Assembly: GCA_003599635.1 (NCBI GenBank)
Contig: QZIX01000011.1
Coordinates: 1 to 47,860, forward strand
Direction of reading: 5' to 3'
Origin: Candidatus Parcubacteria bacterium
GTDB taxonomy: Bacteria > Patescibacteriota > Patescibacteriia > Buchananbacterales > SURF-54
Length of the DNA: 47,860 nt
Shown: positions 8,858 through 18,711 of the stretch, piece after piece
Layout of the letters: each line of letters begins with the position of its first letter
How positions within the stretch are numbered: position 1 is the stretch's first letter
Notes under the pieces: model-generated
Databases searched by the model: none
Told to the model about the DNA's origin: nothing
The model's input: only the letters and a program-made list of their open reading frames with translations
Position numbers and translations under genes: made by a program

Positions 8858-9397
8858 ATGCTTATTTATTACTTAATTTTTTTATTTTCTTTTTTGCTCA
8901 TTTTATTTACTGGTGCGGCCACCTTTCTTCTTTTGTGGTCAATTGGTACTTATTTGATTGTCAGAGTACCCTATGCTCCCACACCTAAAATTGTCGCGGG
9001 GGAAATTATTAAAGCAGCGGAAATTTCGCCGGGACAAACGGTTTATGATCTTGGCTGTGGCGACGGCAGAATATTGTTTCTGGCAGAAAAAATGGGCGCC
9101 CGTACAGTAGGTTACGAATTGTCTTTATGGGCATACCTGCAGGCAAAAATAATTTGCCGAATTAAAAAATCAAAAACAAAAATATTTTGCAAAAACTTTT
9201 TAAAGGATGACATTTCCGAAGCTGACGTAATATTTTGTTTTCTCCTGGGAAGGGTAATAGAAGACATCGGCACAAAAATAAAATCAAGCGCCAGGCCCGG
9301 GACAAAAATAATTTCTTATACCTTTCAATTCCCCGGCTGGCAGCCGTATAAAATAATCCAGACAAGCAGGGCTAAAACTTATTTTTATAGAATTTAA
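8858..9397 (+). CDS. Class I SAM-dependent methyltransferase with N-terminal TM
   Basis: VPYAPTP, VYDLGCGDGR, KIISYTF. Confidence 0.85.
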   Translation: MLIYYLIFLFSFLLILFTGAATFLLLWSIGTYLIVRVPYAPTPKIVAGEIIKAAEISPGQTVYDLGCGDGRILFLAEKMGARTVGYELSLWAYLQAKIICRIKKSKTKIFCKNFLKDDISEADVIFCFLLGRVIEDIGTKIKSSARPGTKIISYTFQFPGWQPYKIIQTSRAKTYFYRI

Positions 9398-9450
9398 ATA
9401 AAGCGTAACTCGTACCTTGTTACCTGTTACTTTTTACCTGAACAAAAACT

Positions 9451-10716
9451 ATGAATCCATTTCAAAATGCAATGACGCAGCTAAAGAAAGCGTCTGACAT
9501 CCTGAATCTTGATCCGGATGTTTTGGAAGTTTTAAAGAAACCAAAAAGAATTCTGGAAGCATCAATACCCGTAAGAATGGATGACGGCACCATGAAAGTT
9601 TTTTCCGGTTACCGTGTCCAATACAATGACGCACGCGGTCCCTTTAAGGGCGGCATCCGTTATCATCATGAAGTAAATCTAAACGAAGTTAAAGCTTTGG
9701 GTTTTTGGATGACGGTAAAATGCGCTACGGTGGGCATTCCCATGGGCGGAGGTAAAGGCGGCGTCATAGTCAAACCTCAGCTCTTAAGCTGGTCGGAATT
9801 GGAAAAATTGTCCAGAGGATACATCAGGGCTTTTGCCGATTTTATCGGTCCCGAAAAAGATATTCCCGCGCCTGATGTCTACACTACCCCGCAAATTATG
9901 GCCTGGATGATGGATGAATATTCAAAAATAAAGGGCTACAACTGCCCGGCAATAATAACGGGAAAACCGCTGCGCGTGGGCGGTTCGGCAGGACGCGACA
10001 CGGCAACCGCTCAAGGCGGATTTTATGTAACAGAAGAGCTGCTTAAAAAACTTAAGATAAAACCCAAAAGCTGCCGGGTTATCATCCAGGGTTTCGGCAA
10101 TGCCGGATGCAATATGGCGGATCTGCTTTTTCACGCAGGTTTTAAAGTTATAGGTTATTCCGATTCCAAAACCGCGATAATCGATATGAAAGGCAAGGGT
10201 TTTGATTCGCATATTATTGAAAAAATTAAAAAGAAAAAGGGTTATGTCGATGTCTGCGACTGCGATAATATTAAATGTAAATGCAAAGACCATAAACATT
10301 TAACTAACGAACAGCTGCTGATCCAGGATTGCGATATTTTAGTGCTGGCAGCTTTGGAAAATCAGATCACTAAAGACAATGCCGTTAAAATAAAGGCAAA
10401 AATCGTGGTGGAACTGGCCAACGGGCCGACAACACCGGAAGCAGATGAAAAATTATTTAAAAAAGGTATTTATCTTCTGCCGGACATTTTAACCAACGCG
10501 GGCGGCGTGACCGTATCTTATTTTGAATGGGTGCAGAATCTGCAATCCTATTACTGGACAAAAGACGAGGTTTTTGAAAAACTGCAAAAAATTATGGTTG
10601 ATTCGTTTAACCGCGTGTATGATCTAGCGACCGAATATAAAGTTGATTTGCGGACCGGGGCTTATTTGCTAGCTATAGGCAGGATCGCGGATGCGATTAA
10701 GGAAAGAGGCGTTTAA
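9451..10716 (+). CDS. gdhA: Glu/Leu/Phe/Val dehydrogenase (glutamate dehydrogenase)
   Basis: RGPFKGGIRYH, GGGKGG, DIPAPDV, QGFGNAG, ELANGPTT, NAGGVTVSYFEWVQN. Confidence 0.93.
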   Translation: MNPFQNAMTQLKKASDILNLDPDVLEVLKKPKRILEASIPVRMDDGTMKVFSGYRVQYNDARGPFKGGIRYHHEVNLNEVKALGFWMTVKCATVGIPMGGGKGGVIVKPQLLSWSELEKLSRGYIRAFADFIGPEKDIPAPDVYTTPQIMAWMMDEYSKIKGYNCPAIITGKPLRVGGSAGRDTATAQGGFYVTEELLKKLKIKPKSCRVIIQGFGNAGCNMADLLFHAGFKVIGYSDSKTAIIDMKGKGFDSHIIEKIKKKKGYVDVCDCDNIKCKCKDHKHLTNEQLLIQDCDILVLAALENQITKDNAVKIKAKIVVELANGPTTPEADEKLFKKGIYLLPDILTNAGGVTVSYFEWVQNLQSYYWTKDEVFEKLQKIMVDSFNRVYDLATEYKVDLRTGAYLLAIGRIADAIKERGV

Positions 10717-10876
10717 GTCAATATTGAAATATTAAAGTGCGGGACTCATTGTCTCGCCTTTTTTATTATTTACAAAATTAACGATGTTTTACCGCCTTTT
10801 TTAAACGCAGTGCTCTCCTAATATATTTATGAGTTTACAAAAAAACAAAAATAATGATCTTTGTTTTTTTATGGAA

Positions 10877-11683
10877 TTATGCTAACCTAGCCACTTCCAA
10901 ATTTATTTCTCTGCCCAGCCAGTTTTGAGCGTTTTCCTTGAATTTTTCTGTTACATCAGTAACTAAAAATTTATGACTGTTGCCTTTTTTTAATTTGCTT
11001 TCGATTTCAGGATGGCGTGATAAATAATCAGTCAGTTTATCGGCGACAATTTCAGGAGTATCCAAAACTTTACATGATTTTCCCATCACTTCTTTGAATT
11101 GCTTGTGTAAAAACGGATAATGGGTGCAGCCCAGAACTAAAGTGTCAATTTTCTGCAATTTTAGCGGGCGTAAATATGATTTTAAAATCATTTTCGTCTC
11201 CCGCCTTTTAATAAAACCTTCTTCAATCAACGGCACTAAAAGCGGGGCTGACTGCTGAAAAATTTCAATCCCGGGATTAAATGATTTGATTTCACGGACA
11301 TAACTTCCTGAATTAATTGTTCCGCGGGTGCCCACAACCCCCACCCTTTTTGACTTTTTATTTTCCGCCACAGCTTCGGCAACGGGCCGGATTACTCCCA
11401 GAACTTTTTTATCCGGATAATTTTTAGGCAAAAATTCCTGCTGTATTTTTCGCAATGCCTCGGCTGATGCCGTATTGCAGGCAATAATTATCAATTCACA
11501 ACCCTGCTTAAACAAAAAATCAACGGCCTGTTCGGTAAATCTATAAATGAGTTCCTGCGAGCGGTTGCCGTAAGGAGTCCGTGCAGTATCCCCGAAGTAA
11601 ATGGTCTGATACTGCGGCAGCTTTTCATAAATTTTTTTGGCGACGGAAAGTCCGCCGATTCCGGAATCAAAAATTCCTATCAT
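10877..11683 (-). CDS. murI: Glutamate racemase
   Basis: IGIFDSGIGGLSV, IACNTAS, LGCTHYP. Confidence 0.97.
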   Translation of the reverse strand: MIGIFDSGIGGLSVAKKIYEKLPQYQTIYFGDTARTPYGNRSQELIYRFTEQAVDFLFKQGCELIIIACNTASAEALRKIQQEFLPKNYPDKKVLGVIRPVAEAVAENKKSKRVGVVGTRGTINSGSYVREIKSFNPGIEIFQQSAPLLVPLIEEGFIKRRETKMILKSYLRPLKLQKIDTLVLGCTHYPFLHKQFKEVMGKSCKVLDTPEIVADKLTDYLSRHPEIESKLKKGNSHKFLVTDVTEKFKENAQNWLGREINLEVARLA

Positions 11684-11718
11684 ATTAACTAGCAGTCAAA
11701 AATTTGATTTAAAAATTA

Positions 11719-13905
11719 CTATAAATCTTTATAGAGGTACTCTTTATAATTTTTTTCCACCTTATCATATATTCTTTGTGAAAATTCTTCCGGTATGTAT
11801 TTCCTGTAGACATCCGGTAAATTACCGTCATAATGGAGAAGTATTTGAAGATAATCTTTTGCCCGATCTTTATCGCTGCCACCGCTGTATCCTCTCATTT
11901 TTGCATCAGTCCCGGAACGCCTTATCTGAACAAAAATTGTTTTAAACTTGAGGTGGCTGCTTTCACCAACAAAATAAATGTTTTCCAGGTCACTAAAATC
12001 AAGGTTGCAAAAAGTCCTGCCTAAAATTTCCTGCACCTGTTTTATGGTAATAATTTTTTCTTTTAAAGATAAAGCCAGTCCAAGATAAAACATATCAGTT
12101 TTATCCCGCAAAAGCTCCCCCGCCTTTTTTTCCTGCCTTATTTTCTCCGGATCAGGTTCGCTTTCATTGTAATAGATAATATCATCCCTAAAATAATAGC
12201 GGCTACTAATAGCGTTTTTTTCAAAAATTTCTAAAAGGTAATCAGAAAGGGATTTTTTATTTAAAAACAAGTCTGCAGCCAACGCAGTGGTGATTATAGC
12301 CGCCTCCCCCGCGCTTTTTTCTCTCATAGCCAACGCCTTTCTGCCGCCTTTGCTAATTAATAATTCCTCCGGACCTGTAATCATGCCGCCGCTTTCCTCG
12401 CCGGCAAAAACAAGCCGAGGATCTTTTCCCAAATTAATTTCATTTCCGAAAATATTTGTAAGCACAACGTTACGGTTGGAATCAGCTATAATCTTTTTCT
12501 CAACTTTTTTCATTACTGTGGCTATTTCTTTAAAACCCACTGGCGTAGTAATTACTTTTATCCCCTGCGCTTTTGCCCATTCATCCCAAGAGCGGCTTGA
12601 GGGCGCCGTATTTATCATAAAGCGCGAATGATTTTCCCAAATCCCCGCTGCTTTCAGCTGTCTAGCGTGAAAATCCATTGTCATTAAAAAAGAATAAGTA
12701 GGATGATAAACAGAAAAAATTTTTTCATCAACAATTCTTTCATAATAAATGCCCAAATCATCAAGCAGTTTTGCCTTAGCTGAAGGTTCAATTTGGCCTA
12801 TCACCAATCTGTCTCCGTCGGGATCTGTCATAAGGACTAACTGTCCAATATCACAATCTTTTAAGTCCTCTGCATATCCCATGGTTTTTACAACTTCGGG
12901 TAAAGTTGAATCACATGACAAATCAAAATATTCTATTTTTCCGGTTTTTATGCTCTTTCGTCTGGTTTTGCCGACGCCATGAAAAAAAGGGTCTTCCTCC
13001 TTATTACGCCACTGATAAACTTTATCTATGCCGAAAGATTTAAGGATCGGGGGCATATTAGCACCCATACAACCACCGACTGTGTCAAAAATAATTTTTA
13101 AACCTTTTTTTTCGGCAGACTTTATTAAATCCAAATTGGTTTTATTAGCAATGCCTTTTTTAAGGTAATCAACGTACATATCGTAACCATCAAAATCTTC
13201 TTTTATTCTGCTGTCGTTCCTTGCGGAAACTTTGATTACATAGCCGGATTTATGGGTTTTGGCATATTGAAGTATCTGCCTTATCTTCTCAACAAAGGCC
13301 AAAGACATTTCCGGCAAAAACTGGCTACCCTGGTTTTCCAAATCTTTTGTTGCGGTCTTGGAGGAAACGGCGTGGCTAGAGGTGACATATTCGCCACCAT
13401 CATAATCAAGCATAAAAATTAAAAGCGAAGTCAGCCAAACGGTTGTCGGCTTCCTTCCATATGGCATATGGACATTTATCCCTTGGGCAGCTGCAATACG
13501 AGAAATTAATTCCACATATTCGGCAGTATTATATCTGACCTCTCCCGAAACTATTTTATTAATTTCCCTCTCTTTTATTTGTTCCTTTAAAACCAAAGCC
13601 TTACCCAAGGTCGCCAAAGCCACTCCCATCTGATTAATAGGAAAACGGGTATCCCAATAATACAAAACATTTTGTGGACCGCGTATACCACCGGTAGAAA
13701 CTTTTGCTTCTTTTTCATATTCTAACAACCATCTCTCCAACTGGAATTTTTCTACTATGTCTTTTGTCAAAACAAATTCAAAGGGGTTGGGGTTCTTTAA
13801 ATCAAAAAAAGGGGCTTTTTTAATTTCTGCTGGGGTCGCCTCTTCAACCCCTTTAAAAAAATCTTGCTTTAGATCTTTAATGTACTCTAACCGTGATTTA
13901 GACAT
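11719..13905 (-). CDS. Alpha-D-phosphohexomutase family protein (PGM/PMM-like)
   Basis: STGGIRG, TSSH, DPDGDR metal loop, GEESGG, RRSGT; ATG at 13905 chosen to avoid overlap with the upstream gene. Confidence 0.8.
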   Translation of the reverse strand: MSKSRLEYIKDLKQDFFKGVEEATPAEIKKAPFFDLKNPNPFEFVLTKDIVEKFQLERWLLEYEKEAKVSTGGIRGPQNVLYYWDTRFPINQMGVALATLGKALVLKEQIKEREINKIVSGEVRYNTAEYVELISRIAAAQGINVHMPYGRKPTTVWLTSLLIFMLDYDGGEYVTSSHAVSSKTATKDLENQGSQFLPEMSLAFVEKIRQILQYAKTHKSGYVIKVSARNDSRIKEDFDGYDMYVDYLKKGIANKTNLDLIKSAEKKGLKIIFDTVGGCMGANMPPILKSFGIDKVYQWRNKEEDPFFHGVGKTRRKSIKTGKIEYFDLSCDSTLPEVVKTMGYAEDLKDCDIGQLVLMTDPDGDRLVIGQIEPSAKAKLLDDLGIYYERIVDEKIFSVYHPTYSFLMTMDFHARQLKAAGIWENHSRFMINTAPSSRSWDEWAKAQGIKVITTPVGFKEIATVMKKVEKKIIADSNRNVVLTNIFGNEINLGKDPRLVFAGEESGGMITGPEELLISKGGRKALAMREKSAGEAAIITTALAADLFLNKKSLSDYLLEIFEKNAISSRYYFRDDIIYYNESEPDPEKIRQEKKAGELLRDKTDMFYLGLALSLKEKIITIKQVQEILGRTFCNLDFSDLENIYFVGESSHLKFKTIFVQIRRSGTDAKMRGYSGGSDKDRAKDYLQILLHYDGNLPDVYRKYIPEEFSQRIYDKVEKNYKEYLYKDL

Positions 13906-13912
13906 ATTTATT

Positions 13913-15019
13913 TTATTTATATTCCGCCAGAGCTTCTTTCTTGGCAGAAAGCAAACTGCCCCCAGCCCATAAAACCGCAACGAATGCAATAAGCCACCCT
14001 AAAACAGGAATGCTTGCAACGATATCAAAAATCAGCAGGCCTGATACCAGCGGCCAAAGCAAACTGCCTTTATAATTATCCCTGGTCATTTTGTCCAGCA
14101 CAAAAAGTCCCACTTTCACACCGACAAAAATCTTTGAAATATAGATCATAATCAAATAAAACGCCAACAATATCAAAGCCAAAGGTATGCCGATCATTGT
14201 GATTGTCAACAAAATAATTATTACGGGCACGGCCATAAGAAAAATCAAGCCCCAGACAATCCCTTTTATCGGTTCCTTTGACATCTTTACTGCTACCTGA
14301 CTGACAAATTTCGGCGCTATTGTTATTAAAACAAGACCGACAACCAAAGAACCGAAAAAGAAAGTCAGATCGAAAAAAATGAAAGAAAAGAAATTATTTT
14401 TCTGCTCTATTTCAATAAATTTGACTTCATTCAGCGTCGCCCCTGCCGTATCCAGACTTTCCTTTGTGTCGGACATATAAGTCAGGTTTCCTTCTATTTT
14501 TCCAAAAACCCGGGCTGTTCCTTTTTCCCCCAGATTCAAAACGACATTGCCGGAAACATTTCCCGGTATTTCAATTTTTGCGCCTTCAAACTGAAGCCCC
14601 CGGGAAATTTTGCCTTTAACCTCCGCAAAAGACGCGACAATCGCGGCATCCCAAATAATTTCAGCTTTTTCATCGACCAATACTTTTTCTGCCATTAAGT
14701 TGGCATTTTTTTCCGTTCGTCCGCTGACTGTAATTTCATTTGCCAAAAGGCGTATGCTGCCTAAAACATCGCCGTCTACCGTTATTTTTTTTCCCACGGC
14801 GAAAACATCCCCGGCCACGGTACCGGAAATTTTGATTTCACGGGCCACTAAAAAAAGGTCGCCGTTAACTTTGCCGCTGATTTCTATATTGCCGGCTATT
14901 TTTATGAAATTACCGTCGACTATTTCGGACTCATCGACAATAACCTTTTCATCAAAACCAGCCAGCGCCGAAATCGGCAATAAAAATATGACTAACGCTG
15001 TTATGACTATTTTTTTCAT
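13913..15019 (-). CDS. Membrane protein with bactofilin-like beta-helix repeats
   Basis: Signal peptide, repeated I.G.V.GD units, four C-terminal TM helices (IGIPLA). Confidence 0.8.
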   Translation of the reverse strand: MKKIVITALVIFLLPISALAGFDEKVIVDESEIVDGNFIKIAGNIEISGKVNGDLFLVAREIKISGTVAGDVFAVGKKITVDGDVLGSIRLLANEITVSGRTEKNANLMAEKVLVDEKAEIIWDAAIVASFAEVKGKISRGLQFEGAKIEIPGNVSGNVVLNLGEKGTARVFGKIEGNLTYMSDTKESLDTAGATLNEVKFIEIEQKNNFFSFIFFDLTFFFGSLVVGLVLITIAPKFVSQVAVKMSKEPIKGIVWGLIFLMAVPVIIILLTITMIGIPLALILLAFYLIMIYISKIFVGVKVGLFVLDKMTRDNYKGSLLWPLVSGLLIFDIVASIPVLGWLIAFVAVLWAGGSLLSAKKEALAEYK

Positions 15020-15037
15020 ATACTTAAAAATATTTTA

Positions 15038-15667
15038 TCAGAAATTCGCGACGGTGACAATGTTTCTGCCGGTAATTTTACTGCGGCTTTTAAAACCGGC
15101 TTTTCTTAAAATAAAGTCAAGTTCCTTTAAATTAAAATTATGATAATATCTGTAAACGGCTTCATTTTTGTTGCGCCAGGCAACGTAAAAATCGTCTTTC
15201 CCCAAATCCTTTGCCTGAATTTTGTTTTTAAAATTTTCTAGCCGCCAATTGGTCATCAACACTATGCCTCCCGGTTTTAAATGATTTTTAACGTTTTCTA
15301 AAACCTTAAGCCGAAGATCTTCCGAAGGTATATGATGTAAAACTGCAAACGACAAAATGACATCAAATTTTTCGTTTAACTTAAAAGATGTGATATCTGC
15401 CGCCTTAAAATTAACGGCGGGAAATCTGCCTTGAGCTTTTCTGATTAATACGCTACAATTGTCTATGCCCAAATACCTGATTTTCATATTTTTAAGAAGC
15501 GGCAAAATTCGGCCTTCTCCGCATCCTAAATCCAAAACCGAATCTTCATTTTTGATTTTTTTTAATAAAGATTTTTCTTCAGGCCAAATATTTTGCCTGA
15601 CGCGGCCGATTCGGCAGTAATCCTGCTTTACTTTTTTTAATATTTTTTTTGCTTGTTTGTTATTCAT
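15038..15667 (-). CDS. Class I SAM methyltransferase, Trm9/ALKBH8-like
   Basis: VLDLGCGEGR; FDVILSFAVLHHIPS...R; DFYVAW; YRYYHNF...EL. Confidence 0.75.
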   Translation of the reverse strand: MNNKQAKKILKKVKQDYCRIGRVRQNIWPEEKSLLKKIKNEDSVLDLGCGEGRILPLLKNMKIRYLGIDNCSVLIRKAQGRFPAVNFKAADITSFKLNEKFDVILSFAVLHHIPSEDLRLKVLENVKNHLKPGGIVLMTNWRLENFKNKIQAKDLGKDDFYVAWRNKNEAVYRYYHNFNLKELDFILRKAGFKSRSKITGRNIVTVANF

Positions 15668-15677
15668 GTTTTTACCT

Positions 15678-15794
15678 TGTCTTTCCGAGCGAAGTCGCCT
15701 TTGGCGACCGGAATGGAGGAGTCTTAACCTTTCAATATTGTATGGTGCGGGATCTATCCGCCCATAAAATAACTAAATACCGGCCGAGATGACA
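15678..15794. repeat. REP-like palindromic element pair between the methyltransferase and elp3
   Basis: TGTCTTTCCGAGCGAA-GTCGCC TTT GGCGAC-...GAGGAGTCT and a degenerate inverted half ending GAGATGACA. Confidence 0.5.
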
Positions 15795-15805
15795 AAAGAG
15801 AAATT

Positions 15806-17437
15806 ATGAAATCTAATTTCGAAAAAATAATCAAACACTTGATTAAAGTTGACCCTGAAGACAGATCTGCTTTTGTAATTGCCAGACGGAAAATGTCTAA
15901 CAGCTTAAAAATAGCTCCGCCGCAAAGTTCAGACCTTATAAGAACCTACCGTCAACTGTTAAAAAAGAAAAAAATAAAAGAGAACAAAACTGTACTGAAC
16001 TTTCTTAAAAAAAGAGAAGTTCGCACAATTTCCGGAGTCGCACCAATTGCCGTTTTAACAAAGCCCTACCCTTGTCCCGGAAAATGCATTTATTGCCCGA
16101 CTGAAAGCAAAATGCCCAAAAGCTACCTTTCCAGCGAACCGGCTGTAATGAGGGCCATAATCAATAATTTTGACCCGTTCAAGCAGGTGCGGATGCGTTT
16201 ACGGGCGCTAGGCGCAAACGGTCATGAGCTTGATAAATGCGAACTGATTATTTTGGGAGGTACCTGGTCATTTTTGCCGAAACCGTATCAACAAAATTTT
16301 ATCAGAAGATGCTTTGACGGTTTGAATGGAAAAATTTCCAAAAATCTTGCTTCGGCTCAAAAGCTGAATGAAACTGCCAAAAATCGCTGTGTCGGCATTA
16401 CCGTGGAAACCCGGCCGGATTATATTGACGCTGAAGAAATCGCCCGGATGAGAAACTTGGGTGTTACCAAAGTTGAAATCGGCCTTCAAAATATTAGTGA
16501 CGACATTTTAAAGCTTAACAAACGTGGACATAATGTCAATGACGTTATTGAGGCGACAAAAATGCTAAAAGACGCCGGTTTTAAGGTTGGTTACCATTTA
16601 ATGCCTAACCTTTTGGGCGCAACTGTAAAATCGGATCTGGAGATGTTTAAAAAAATATTTAATGACAATAACTTTAAGCCGGATTATCTGAAAATCTATC
16701 CTTGCGTGGTTACCAAAAATTCACGGCTTTACAAGCTGTGGCGGCAAAAAAAATATAAATCTTATACCGACAAACAGCTTTGCAATTTGCTTTTGCAAAT
16801 TAAAAAAATCATGCCTCCGTATGTCCGCATCAGCCGTTTGGTCCGCGACATCCCTTCAGAAAACATTGTTGCGGGAAATAAAATTTCCAATTTGAGGCAG
16901 CTGTTGAGCGACGATTTAAAAAAGAAAAAAATCACCTGCCGCTGCATCAGATGCCGGGAAACAGGGCATAATTTAGCTGATAGCGCATCGCTAATAGCTA
17001 ATGGCAGCAAACCTAAATTAAAAATTAAAAAATATCCGGCTTCAGATGGCACTGAATATTTCTTAAGTTATGAAAGCAGTAACAGGAAAATTTTATACGC
17101 TTTTTTAAGATTAAGATTGCCTAAAAAAACCGACGCGGAAATTATCAAAGCAATTCCTGAAATTGATAATTCCGCTTTAATCCGCGAATTGCATACTTAC
17201 GGACAATTGATACCGTTAAGAAAAACCGGCCAGGTACAGCATACTGGTTTTGGAAAGAAACTTATGGCTGAAGCGGAAAAAATCTGCCGGCAAAGTAAAT
17301 TAAAAAAAATTGCCGTAATTTCCGGAATCGGAGTCAGGCAATACTATAAAAAATTAGGCTACAGACTGGAAGACAGTTATATGACCAAAACCTTAAAAAA
17401 AAGGCCAACTAATAATAGTCAGCCAGCCTTTTCATGA
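15806..17437 (+). CDS. elp3: Elp3 radical SAM/GNAT tRNA U34 carboxymethyltransferase
   Basis: VRTISGVAPIAV, CPGKCIYCP, ETRPD, LKIYPC, CRCIRCRE, IRELHTYG, QHTGFGKKLM, ISGIGVRQYY. Confidence 0.95.
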   Translation: MKSNFEKIIKHLIKVDPEDRSAFVIARRKMSNSLKIAPPQSSDLIRTYRQLLKKKKIKENKTVLNFLKKREVRTISGVAPIAVLTKPYPCPGKCIYCPTESKMPKSYLSSEPAVMRAIINNFDPFKQVRMRLRALGANGHELDKCELIILGGTWSFLPKPYQQNFIRRCFDGLNGKISKNLASAQKLNETAKNRCVGITVETRPDYIDAEEIARMRNLGVTKVEIGLQNISDDILKLNKRGHNVNDVIEATKMLKDAGFKVGYHLMPNLLGATVKSDLEMFKKIFNDNNFKPDYLKIYPCVVTKNSRLYKLWRQKKYKSYTDKQLCNLLLQIKKIMPPYVRISRLVRDIPSENIVAGNKISNLRQLLSDDLKKKKITCRCIRCRETGHNLADSASLIANGSKPKLKIKKYPASDGTEYFLSYESSNRKILYAFLRLRLPKKTDAEIIKAIPEIDNSALIRELHTYGQLIPLRKTGQVQHTGFGKKLMAEAEKICRQSKLKKIAVISGIGVRQYYKKLGYRLEDSYMTKTLKKRPTNNSQPAFS

Positions 17438-17916
17438 TCATATAATAAAAGGAGCGTCTGGTCAATTTTCTCTTTAGTTCTGCCTTTTCCTTTTTTTATT
17501 ATTTCTACTAAACTCCTGTATCTTAAGATCTGTTCAATAGTGGGGCTTTTGCGCCTACGTTTTCTGTTAAAATAAGCAAGCATATCTTTGGCGGAAAAAT
17601 ATCCAAGAGTAGTGTCAACCGGGTTGGCTGGAATTCCATCTTCCACCAGCAAAAAGATGATTTCCCTGCATGTAACTCTTTTCGCCGGACTAAAGGACCA
17701 AGACTCCCTGACGCCTTTCCATAAACCCAGATAAATTGCTGAAATCTTTTTCCTTTTTTGCAAATCGTTTATTTCTTCTGCCAGGATTTGTGAAATATCT
17801 TCACGAATCTTCCTGATAAAATAAGGCGGCACTATGCCCATTTTGATAATGCCGACGACAAGTTTGTAATGTTTCTCAGAAAATGCCGGCATGGCTGTAC
17901 TTTTCTGTATATTCAT
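17419..17916 (-). CDS. Hypothetical protein
   Basis: 165-aa ORF with purine-rich SD; short convergent overlap with elp3. Confidence 0.6.
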   Translation of the reverse strand: MNIQKSTAMPAFSEKHYKLVVGIIKMGIVPPYFIRKIREDISQILAEEINDLQKRKKISAIYLGLWKGVRESWSFSPAKRVTCREIIFLLVEDGIPANPVDTTLGYFSAKDMLAYFNRKRRRKSPTIEQILRYRSLVEIIKKGKGRTKEKIDQTLLLLYDHEKAG

Positions 17917-17991
17917 TTTATTCCTCTCCTTTACTTGGAAGGTTGTCTAGGAACCTATAATATCCTATAATAATAATGTTAATAGCGCAAT

Positions 17992-18633
17992 ATGGATAAA
18001 AAAAATTATAAAATTATTGCCAACTTCTTTTTTGAAATGGGCATGCTAAAACGGCAGCGCGAAGAGGGGCCGGCCATGGCGGGAATAATGTCCGACGCCA
18101 CAAGCATTGCCGATCACAGTATGCGCGCCGCCTTAATCGCTTATTTTCTGGGAATGCTTGAAAATGCCGACGCCAAAGAATGCGCTTTGATGTGTCTGTT
18201 CCATGATCTGCCGGAAACAAGGACTTTGGATTTACATAAAGTGGCAGCGAGATATATTGACACCAGAGAAGCCGAACGAGAAGCTTTTAATGAACAAATT
18301 TACAATCTGCCTGAAAAATTGAAAAATCAGCTGAAATACTACTGGGAAGCGACCGAAAAAAGGAACACCAAGGAAGGAATAATCGCCAAAGACGCCGACT
18401 GGCTTGAACATGCAGTTTCTGCCCGGGAATACATTGTTCTAGGATATAAGGGAATGCAAAATTGGATTGATAATGTAAAAAAAGCTTTGGAAACTGACTC
18501 GGCCAAAAAATTGCTGGCAATAATTGAAAAATCAGATTTAAACGATTGGTATTCAGGATTAAAAAGAATGACTTACAAAAAAATAAAAGGAAAAAATGTA
18601 CTAAGGGTAAAAAAACATAAAAGAGGCGGCTAA
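17992..18633 (+). CDS. HD-domain hydrolase (YfbR/HDDC2-like)
   Basis: SIADHSMR, LFHDLPETRT.D, KDADWLE. Confidence 0.88.
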   Translation: MDKKNYKIIANFFFEMGMLKRQREEGPAMAGIMSDATSIADHSMRAALIAYFLGMLENADAKECALMCLFHDLPETRTLDLHKVAARYIDTREAEREAFNEQIYNLPEKLKNQLKYYWEATEKRNTKEGIIAKDADWLEHAVSAREYIVLGYKGMQNWIDNVKKALETDSAKKLLAIIEKSDLNDWYSGLKRMTYKKIKGKNVLRVKKHKRGG

Positions 18634-18711
18634 AGTAAATTTTGAAGCAGCGGCAAAATAAAGCCGCTTTTTTTATTGCTCAAATTAAAAAAACAACTGT
18701 TTGCTGCCTCG

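Noticed and set aside
13906-13989. N-terminal extension of the phosphohexomutase in the track
   Set aside because: Overlaps the upstream gene; ATG at 13905 fits operon spacing
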